Below, one piece after another: positions 26,639 to 33,087 of a stretch of DNA of 33,087 bases. The position numbers were made by a program, and so were the translations under genes. Each line of letters opens with the position of its first letter. Position 1 is the stretch's first letter. The DNA is taken from the NCBI GenBank assembly GCA_021816545.1, contig JAKAXP010000003.1:1-33087 (forward strand), read 5' to 3'. The stretch is from Bacteroidota bacterium (GTDB lineage Bacteria > Bacteroidota > Bacteroidia > Bacteroidales > VadinHA17). The notes under the pieces were generated by a model that was not told the origin of the DNA, searched no databases, and saw nothing but the letters and a program-made list of their open reading frames with translations.

Positions 26639-27721
26639 ATGGCCGGCAAGAGCAGAGCAAACAGCAGAACCAACGAAGGAGAGATGACATTCCTGCAGCA
26701 CCTTGAGGAACTGAGGTGGCATATAATCAGGGCCCTGGCTGCCGTCGTCATCGGTGCTATAGTTGCTTTTATATTCAAGAACATAATTTTTGATCATATA
26801 ATTCTTGCCCCCAACAATCCTGACTTCATAACAAACAGGCTTCTGTGCAGGCTGTCTGACCTGGTGAATGTACCGGTGCTGTGCATCAATCAGAATCCCA
26901 TTGAACTGATCAGCATAAAGATGTCAGGGCAGTTCACCACCCATATCAACATTTCGCTGGTTGCAGGGCTGATCCTTGCATTTCCCTATGTCTTCTGGGA
27001 GTTCTGGTCATTCTTCCGCCCCGCCCTCTATGAAAAGGAGCGTAAGTATGCCCGAGGAGCTGTAACGATGGCCTCGCTGCTTTTCATCATTGGTATTTTG
27101 TTCGGGTACTTCATCATCACTCCGCTTTCAATAAACTTTCTCGGCTCATATCGTGTCAGTGACATTGTCACGAACCAGATAAACATTACCTCTTATATCG
27201 GCTCTGTCACCTCTGTTGCTCTCTCCGCCGGGGTGACATTCGAGCTGCCGATAGTCGTATTCTTCCTGGCCAGGATAGGCGTGCTGACTCCTGATTTCAT
27301 GCGCAAGTACCGCAGGCATGCCATAGTACTGGTGCTAGTCGTGGCGGCAGTGATCACCCCGCCTGATATCTTCAGCCAGATTCTCGTATCTCTCCCCCTG
27401 CTTCTGCTTTATGAAGCCAGTATTATTATTGCGCAAAGGGTGGTAAGGAACAAGGAGAAGGCCGAGGCGGCCGAAGCCGAGGCTGAAGCTGCAGCTGAGC
27501 GGGCCGCGAAGGAGAAGGCGAGGGAGAAGGCGAAGGCCGCTGCTGCCGAACGCGAAGCAAAGGAAAGAGGAAATGCAGAAGCTGCCGAACGGGAACCAGG
27601 TATAAGCCCAGAGGCAGATGCCGCCGGAAGCGAAGCAAAGGCAAAGGATGAGGCTGACGGAACCAGCAGGAATGACAATCCTGACCAATCCGCAGGAGAC
27701 CCGGTAAACGAAAAAGAGTAA
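26639..27721 (+). CDS. tatC: Twin-arginine translocase subunit TatC, with a long charged C-terminal tail
   Basis: From ATG 26639: [51 protein letters not shown]. Confidence 0.93.
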   Translation: MAGKSRANSRTNEGEMTFLQHLEELRWHIIRALAAVVIGAIVAFIFKNIIFDHIILAPNNPDFITNRLLCRLSDLVNVPVLCINQNPIELISIKMSGQFTTHINISLVAGLILAFPYVFWEFWSFFRPALYEKERKYARGAVTMASLLFIIGILFGYFIITPLSINFLGSYRVSDIVTNQINITSYIGSVTSVALSAGVTFELPIVVFFLARIGVLTPDFMRKYRRHAIVLVLVVAAVITPPDIFSQILVSLPLLLLYEASIIIAQRVVRNKEKAEAAEAEAEAAAERAAKEKAREKAKAAAAEREAKERGNAEAAEREPGISPEADAAGSEAKAKDEADGTSRNDNPDQSAGDPVNEKE

Positions 27722-27725
27722 CGCC

Positions 27726-28451
27726 ATGAAGCTCCATACAACAGATCTTGTCAAAAGGTACAAGACACGGACAGTTGTCAACGAGGTCTCCGTTGAGGTG
27801 GAGCAGGGCGAAATAGTGGGACTCCTCGGTCCAAACGGAGCCGGAAAGACAACCACCTTCTACATGATTGTTGGACTTATCCGCCCCAACGGCGGAAATA
27901 TATGGCTCGACAACACGGAGATCACTGACTTCCCGATGTACCGCCGTGCACGTCTCGGCATAGGTTACCTTGCACAGGAGGCCTCCGTCTTCCGCAAACT
28001 GAGCGTTGAAGACAACCTGATGGCAGTAATGGAGCTCTCTGACATGACCCGAGAGGAGCGAAAGGAGAGGCTTGAGTCACTTCTGGAAGAGTTCGGCCTC
28101 GCACGCATAAGAAAGAGTCTCGGAATACAGCTTTCAGGAGGCGAACGTCGCCGGACAGAGATTGCCCGCGCCCTGGCCCTGAAACCAAACTTCATCCTCC
28201 TTGACGAGCCTTTTGCCGGCGTTGACCCCATCGCCGTCGAAGATATCCAGATGATAGTCTCTCACCTGAAAGACAAGAACATAGGGATCCTCATCACTGA
28301 CCATAACGTCCACGAAACCCTCTCAATAACTGACAGGGCTTACCTCCTCTTCGAGGGAAAGATCCTCAAGCAGGGCACTGCCTCACAGCTTGCTGACGAT
28401 GAGCAGGTAAGAAGCGTCTACCTCGGTAAGAACTTCGAACTCAGGAGGTAA
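27726..28451 (+). CDS. lptB: LPS export ABC transporter ATP-binding protein
   Basis: [65 protein letters not shown]...F. Confidence 0.95.
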   Translation: MKLHTTDLVKRYKTRTVVNEVSVEVEQGEIVGLLGPNGAGKTTTFYMIVGLIRPNGGNIWLDNTEITDFPMYRRARLGIGYLAQEASVFRKLSVEDNLMAVMELSDMTREERKERLESLLEEFGLARIRKSLGIQLSGGERRRTEIARALALKPNFILLDEPFAGVDPIAVEDIQMIVSHLKDKNIGILITDHNVHETLSITDRAYLLFEGKILKQGTASQLADDEQVRSVYLGKNFELRR

Positions 28452-28489
28452 TTTAATCCCACCCCCTTTTGTAACTTCGTAATTTTTAC

Positions 28490-28497
28490 TAATTTTG
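28490..28497 (+). promoter_or_regulatory. Bacteroidetes sigma-A -7 element (TAATTTTG) for tRNA-Leu
   Basis: Matches TAnnTTTG, 11 nt before the tRNA 5' end. Confidence 0.7.
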
Positions 28498-28508
28498 CAC
28501 CACTTTTT

Positions 28509-28593
28509 GCGGATGTGTCGTAATTGGTAGCCGAGCAAGACTTAGGATCTTGTGCCTCAGGGCGTGGGGGTTCGAGTCCCTTCATCCGCACCA
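28509..28593 (+). tRNA. tRNA-Leu (anticodon TAG), CCA encoded
   Basis: Acceptor GCGGATG/CATCCGC, D-loop AATTGGTAG, anticodon arm CAAGA-CTTAGGA-TCTTG, long variable arm, T-loop TTCGAGT, ACCA end. Confidence 0.96.
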
Positions 28594-28601
28594 GACACCG
28601 G

Positions 28602-28647
28602 AACCGCCCTTAATCCGGGCCACAAGGCGCAGGTTAAGGCGGTTTTT
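28602..28647 (+). terminator. Terminator-like hairpin between tRNA-Leu and tig
   Basis: AACCGCCCTTAA...TTAAGGCGGTT (one bulge), ending in a T-run. Confidence 0.55.
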
Positions 28648-28671
28648 AAATCGATAGAAAACAGTTACAAT

Positions 28672-30003
28672 ATGAATGTCACCAGAGAGAACATTGACGC
28701 ACTGAACGCAACCGTCAGAATTGATATCACCAAAACCGACTACGAAGAGAAGGTCGAGAAGAAACTCAGGGAATACCGCAGGACAGCCAGCATCAAGGGA
28801 TTCCGTCCCGGTCATGTGCCCATGCAGATGATAAAAAAGCTCTACGGCACTTCCGTCCTCGTTGACGAGATAAACAACATCGTCTCGGAGAGCCTTTCGG
28901 ACTACATTAAAAATGAAAACCTTGACATACTTGGTGACCCGATGCCGAAAAATGACGGGCATACGTTTGACCCGGAGAAATCGGATGAATTCACCTTCAC
29001 CTTTGAACTCGGACTGGCCCCTGAATTTGAAGTCAGCCTGAACAAGAAGCAGAAGCTTACCCGCTACCTGATAGAGCCTGACACCAAAATGGTTGCAGAT
29101 TATGTTGACAACTATGCCCGCAGGTACGGTCAGTTCATCACTGCCGACACAGCTGAAGAGAAGGACCTCCTCAAGGGGATAGTGGAATCCTCTGACAGTT
29201 CGGTCAAAAACGATGCAGCATCCCTCTCGGTGGAGATGATAAAGGACGATGAGATTAAGAAGCAATTCCTTGGCAAGCAAGCAGGAGATACAGTAGGCTT
29301 CGAGCTTCGGAAGGCTTTCCCAAATGATTACGAGATTGCCGGGCTCCTGAAGAAGCAGAAGGATGAGGTAAAAGACCTGGACGGACGCTATTCAATTACA
29401 ATCATGGAGGTTTCGCGCTTCGTCCCGGCTGAGAATAACCAGGAACTGTGGGATAAGATCTACGGAGAAGGTACCGTGAAATCAGCTGCCGAGTTCGAAG
29501 CAAAAGTCACTGACGAGATCAGGGAATACTTCAACCGTGAGACAGAATACAAGCTCCGTACCGATGCCCGTGACCTGGTTCTGGAGAAGACCCCGTTCGA
29601 GGTTCCCGAGGAGTTCCTCAAGAGGTGGCTGCTGAGAGTGAATGAGAAGACCACGGCAGAAGATATAGAAAAAGACTTCGACCATTTCCGTGATGACCTG
29701 CGCTGGCAGCTGATCAAGAACAGGGTGGCAAAAAACAGCGAACTCAAAATCACCGATGAGGAGATCCTTGAGGAGGCCAAGAACTTTACACGCGCGCAGT
29801 TCGCACAGTACGGCCTGCACTACGCCACGGATGAGCAGATCACATCATTTGCAGCTGATTTCCTGAAGAAAGAGGAGGAGGCCCGCCGCATCGCCGAGAA
29901 AGTTCTTGACACCAGGGTGCTGGGCATCATAATTGACTCGGTCAAGGTAGATGAAAAGACCGTTACCCCTGAGGAGTTCAACAAGCTCTTCGGCAACAAA
30001 TGA
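28672..30003 (+). CDS. tig: Trigger factor
   Basis: From ATG 28672 (MNVTRENID); ribosome-binding [10 protein letters not shown] loop; tig-clpP-clpX order. Confidence 0.93.
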   Translation: MNVTRENIDALNATVRIDITKTDYEEKVEKKLREYRRTASIKGFRPGHVPMQMIKKLYGTSVLVDEINNIVSESLSDYIKNENLDILGDPMPKNDGHTFDPEKSDEFTFTFELGLAPEFEVSLNKKQKLTRYLIEPDTKMVADYVDNYARRYGQFITADTAEEKDLLKGIVESSDSSVKNDAASLSVEMIKDDEIKKQFLGKQAGDTVGFELRKAFPNDYEIAGLLKKQKDEVKDLDGRYSITIMEVSRFVPAENNQELWDKIYGEGTVKSAAEFEAKVTDEIREYFNRETEYKLRTDARDLVLEKTPFEVPEEFLKRWLLRVNEKTTAEDIEKDFDHFRDDLRWQLIKNRVAKNSELKITDEEILEEAKNFTRAQFAQYGLHYATDEQITSFAADFLKKEEEARRIAEKVLDTRVLGIIIDSVKVDEKTVTPEEFNKLFGNK

Positions 30004-30024
30004 AACTATTAAGGGTTTAATTCG

Positions 30025-30032
30025 TATATTTG
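30025..30032 (+). promoter_or_regulatory. Bacteroidetes sigma-A -7 element (TATATTTG) for clpP-clpX
   Basis: Matches TAnnTTTG, 23 nt before ATG 30056. Confidence 0.55.
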
Positions 30033-30055
30033 GAATTCAACCAAAGATTCTTATT

Positions 30056-30733
30056 ATGTCAGATATCAGGGATTTTAAAAAATATGCAGCTGACCGCTTC
30101 GGCATCAGCAGCCTCACAATGCACCGGTACATATCGGCAAGCAACGGTTACATCTCTCCCACCATCATAGAGGAGCGTCAGCTGAACGTGGCTTCGATGG
30201 ACGTCTTTTCGCGCCTTATGATGGACCGGATAATTTTCCTTGGTCTGCCGGTAGATGATTATGTTGCAAACATAATCCAGGCGCAGTTGCTCTACCTTGA
30301 CTCGTCAGATCCGGGCAAGGATATCCAGATTTATCTTAACACCCCCGGAGGAGCTGTTCATGCAGGTCTCGGCATATATGACACCATGCAGTACATCTCT
30401 GCCGATGTGGCGACAATCTGCACCGGCATGGCTGCCTCGATGGGCGCCGTGCTGCTCACTGCAGGAACAAAGGGAAAACGCTCGGCACTGAAGCACTCGC
30501 GTATAATGATCCACCAGCCCATGGGAGGTGCTGAGGGACAGGCATCCGACATCGAAATTGTTGCAAGGGAAATCACCAAGCTCAAGAAGGAACTTTACGA
30601 GATTATTGCCCTTCATACCGGCAATCCCGTCGACAAGGTAGAGAAGGATTCTGACCGCGACTACTGGATGACAGCCACTGAAGCAAAGGAATACGGCATG
30701 ATCGACGAGGTCCTGACCAGGACCAAGAACTAA
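30056..30733 (+). CDS. clpP: ATP-dependent Clp protease proteolytic subunit
   Basis: From ATG 30056: [30 protein letters not shown] (catalytic Ser), IMIHQP (His), DRDYWM. Confidence 0.97.
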   Translation: MSDIRDFKKYAADRFGISSLTMHRYISASNGYISPTIIEERQLNVASMDVFSRLMMDRIIFLGLPVDDYVANIIQAQLLYLDSSDPGKDIQIYLNTPGGAVHAGLGIYDTMQYISADVATICTGMAASMGAVLLTAGTKGKRSALKHSRIMIHQPMGGAEGQASDIEIVAREITKLKKELYEIIALHTGNPVDKVEKDSDRDYWMTATEAKEYGMIDEVLTRTKN

Positions 30734-30742
30734 TTCCGCCTT

Positions 30743-31957
30743 ATGGATAAATGCTCGTTCTGCGGACGCACCAAGAAAGAGGCTAACCTTCTTATTGCCG
30801 GGCTTGAGGGTCACATATGCGATCATTGCATTGAACAGGCCCACAACATCATGGTTGAGGAACTGGGAGGCAAATCAAGTTTCAATCTTGAAGGTATCAA
30901 GCTTCGGAAACCGGAGGAAATAAAGAAGTTCCTTGACCAGTACGTCATCGGGCAGGATAAAGCCAAGAAGATCCTTTCGGTTGCAGTCTACAACCATTAC
31001 AAGAGGCTGATGCAGAAGGCCGACAGTGATGATGTTGAGATCGAAAAATCAAACATCATACTTGTTGGCGAGACAGGTACCGGCAAGACACTGCTGGCGC
31101 GAACCATTGCCAGGATGCTTCACGTACCGTTCACTATAGTTGATGCAACGGTGCTTACAGAAGCCGGTTATGTCGGTGAGGACATTGAAAGCCTGCTTAC
31201 CCGTCTTCTCCAGAACGCCGACTATGATGTAAAGGCTGCCGAGAAAGGAATTGTATTCATCGATGAGCTTGACAAGATAGCCCGCAAGGGCGATAACCCA
31301 TCCATCACACGTGACGTTTCAGGCGAGGGTGTGCAGCAGGGACTACTCAAGCTGCTTGAAGGATCGATTGTAAATGTACCTCCCCAGGGGGGCAGGAAAC
31401 ATCCTGAGCAGAAGATGATCCCGGTTGATACGAGGAACATACTCTTTATCTGCGGCGGCGCTTTTGAGGGGATCGAAAAGAAGATTGCCCACAGGCTTAA
31501 CACCTCAGTTGTTGGTTATACTGCCAGCCGATCGCGTGATCATTATGACAAGGATGACCTCCTGAAGTACATCGCACCTCAGGACCTGCGTGCTTACGGC
31601 CTGATCCCGGAGATCATCGGCCGGCTTCCGGTGCTCACCCACCTCTCTCCCCTTGACCCGAAGGCGCTGAGAGCCATCCTCACCGAACCGAAGAACGCCA
31701 TCACCAAGCAGTACATAAAGCTTTTTGCCATGGATGGCATTGAGCTCACCTTCACACCGGAGGCGCTTGATTACATCGTGGACAAGGCAGTGGAGTTCAG
31801 GCTGGGTGCCAGGGGCCTCCGTGCAATCTGCGAGGCTATAATGATGGACGCAATGTTCGAACTACCGTCCGGCGACTCGAAGGAGTTTACGGTTACACCC
31901 GAATACGCCTCCCATAAGCTTGAAAGGGTGGATATGAAGGTGCTTAAGGCCTCCTGA
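30743..31957 (+). CDS. clpX: ATP-dependent Clp protease ATP-binding subunit
   Basis: CSFCG...ICDHC zinc finger, [44 protein letters not shown]. Confidence 0.97.
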   Translation: MDKCSFCGRTKKEANLLIAGLEGHICDHCIEQAHNIMVEELGGKSSFNLEGIKLRKPEEIKKFLDQYVIGQDKAKKILSVAVYNHYKRLMQKADSDDVEIEKSNIILVGETGTGKTLLARTIARMLHVPFTIVDATVLTEAGYVGEDIESLLTRLLQNADYDVKAAEKGIVFIDELDKIARKGDNPSITRDVSGEGVQQGLLKLLEGSIVNVPPQGGRKHPEQKMIPVDTRNILFICGGAFEGIEKKIAHRLNTSVVGYTASRSRDHYDKDDLLKYIAPQDLRAYGLIPEIIGRLPVLTHLSPLDPKALRAILTEPKNAITKQYIKLFAMDGIELTFTPEALDYIVDKAVEFRLGARGLRAICEAIMMDAMFELPSGDSKEFTVTPEYASHKLERVDMKVLKAS

Positions 31958-31983
31958 ATCCTGCCCGGAACCATAAGAATAAG

Positions 31984-32023
31984 AATCCCGGCCTGCCATC
32001 TGGCAAGCCGGGATTTCTCTTTT
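31984..32023 (+). terminator. Intrinsic terminator after clpX, possibly bidirectional
   Basis: AATCCCGGC-C-TGCCA tc TGGCA-A-GCCGGGATT followed by TCTCTTTT; lies between convergent genes. Confidence 0.75.
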
Positions 32024-32073
32024 CAGATACCCGCAGGACAGTTCCGAAAAACAGGGCGGGTCAGGGTAGCACA

Positions 32074-32919
32074 CTAATTACCGTTGTATTTCGGGTGCCT
32101 GTAACGGAGCGTTATCTGCTTCGTTTCATCACCCCTTGAGAGGGTGGCATCAGCATCACATTCGCCGGTGCCATAGTCAAGTTCAAAAGGCTCAATGCCT
32201 TCCACATCAAATCCTATCGTTCCGCTCACCAGGAACCTGCATGCGGCATGCCATTCAAGCGGATTGACAATTGTAAGCGTGTATGTCTTGCCTTCAAGGT
32301 TTGTGCCGGCTGACATTCCGGTGATCAGGCAAATGTCATCCCATGGATTCCAGGTACCGTATCCTGCAATGTATTCCCTTTCGTGGGTGAACTCCCGGGT
32401 TATAACCTTGCTGTCGGGGAATGTTATCTTTCCGCCGGTGAGGTTTACGCCGAAGACAGCATTCTGATTGTTGTTCAGGCCGAGATTTTCTATTGTGAAT
32501 GTACCCTCGACCTTTGCTCCGTTGACATAGTAGTTATCAAATGTCAGCACACGCTCCGAGCCTGCCGTTCCCCTCGGGCCCGACAGAGTGATGAGTATCT
32601 TCCCGCTGCGAACCACATCAAACAGACCGGTGCATCCGGTGCCATAATCAATCACGATGTTCCTGGGGAAGAAATTTTCACCCGGTGAGTTGATTGTAAT
32701 AAGCGGACAGCTGTCAAGCACAGAGGCAGACTTCTTTCCAACCTCTGCAAAACCAGTGGCGATTTCAAGTGAGGCAAACGCATCATCATAAAGCGCTTCG
32801 CTAAGTACAACATCATCAGCCGCATCGGTGGCCTTTGTATCAATCGGCTCAGTCTTGCTGCACGATGTCATTATCAGCCCCGTCAGGGCCATAAGCAGAA
32901 TAAGTGTTTTTGTTTTCAT
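32074..32919 (-). CDS. Lipoprotein of unknown function, beta-rich
   Basis: MKTKTLILLMALTGLIMTS-C lipobox; repeated IDYGTGC/LDYGTGEC motifs. Confidence 0.75.
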   Translation of the reverse strand: MKTKTLILLMALTGLIMTSCSKTEPIDTKATDAADDVVLSEALYDDAFASLEIATGFAEVGKKSASVLDSCPLITINSPGENFFPRNIVIDYGTGCTGLFDVVRSGKILITLSGPRGTAGSERVLTFDNYYVNGAKVEGTFTIENLGLNNNQNAVFGVNLTGGKITFPDSKVITREFTHEREYIAGYGTWNPWDDICLITGMSAGTNLEGKTYTLTIVNPLEWHAACRFLVSGTIGFDVEGIEPFELDYGTGECDADATLSRGDETKQITLRYRHPKYNGN

Positions 32920-32957
32920 GGTAAATCCCGTTAAGTATTCTTTGTGTCTGTATTGCT

Positions 32958-32985
32958 TTGACAGCAGAAAACACTTACGGTTTAA
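32958..32985 (-). promoter_or_regulatory. Possible ECF-sigma promoter TAAAC-N16-TGTCAA
   Basis: ECF-type spacing about 40 nt upstream of the lipoprotein ATG. Confidence 0.35.
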
Positions 32986-33087
32986 CGGACAAATGAAAAA
33001 AAAGTTACCCGGGACTGAGACGGGAGAGTACCGGGAAGCCTGTCCGTGCCCGGTACAGGCGGTGTGTCTTATCCTTACCTGCGCCTG

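Noticed and set aside
28509-28671. tRNA-Leu as an integration site for a genomic island
   Set aside because: No integrase and no duplicated tRNA 3' end seen; tig follows directly.
28552-28671. N-terminal extensions of the ORF-track calls for tig and likewise clpP, malY, carB, tatC, the permease and the 5869-6768 lipoprotein
   Set aside because: They overlap a tRNA, promoter-like elements or the upstream gene; the downstream ATGs give family-typical N-termini.
27335-29280. Long antisense or shadow ORFs (for example 27335-27856 and 28582-29280) and the many others in the track
   Set aside because: All overlap well-supported genes and show no domain signatures; expected from codon bias.
33038-33060. 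Hairpin GCCTGT-CCG-TGCC-CGG-T-ACAGGC near the window end
   Set aside because: Real but without context or a U-tract, so it cannot be assigned as a terminator or repeat.

Overview
Mostly housekeeping chromosome of a Bacteroidota (probably Bacteroidales) genome, judged from TAnnTTTG -7 promoter elements, few Shine-Dalgarno motifs and Bacteroidetes-type ArgH, RecQ, trigger factor and CarB. Order: 5' part of purH (-); MacB/FtsX-type permease (+); lipoprotein, TerB-like/ABCG-type transporter and rsmA (-); malY/patB, carA, OCD/mu-crystallin-family enzyme, fused Fe-S serine-dehydratase-like enzyme and aminopeptidase P (+); argR-argG-argH (-) with tandem ARG boxes; two PEGA-like exported proteins (-); carB, GNAT and GT2 (+); recQ (-); tatC, lptB, tRNA-Leu(TAG), tig, clpP, clpX (+); a lipoprotein (-). 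I see no transposase, integrase, phage gene, CRISPR array or rRNA. Best leads: (1) a three-gene cassette whose two enzymes diverge from true ornithine cyclodeaminase and true serine dehydratase, possibly a dehydratase/imine-reductase route for a beta-hydroxy amino acid such as 3-hydroxyproline; (2) a 105-bp in-frame, partly palindromic insertion in argH flanked by an 11-bp direct repeat; (3) a very GC-rich hairpin cluster inside the GT2 gene; (4) a heptamer repeat family at the 3' ends of carA, carB and recQ; (5) the uncharacterised lipoprotein plus TerB-like/ABCG module. All functional calls come from motif recognition by eye; no searches were run.
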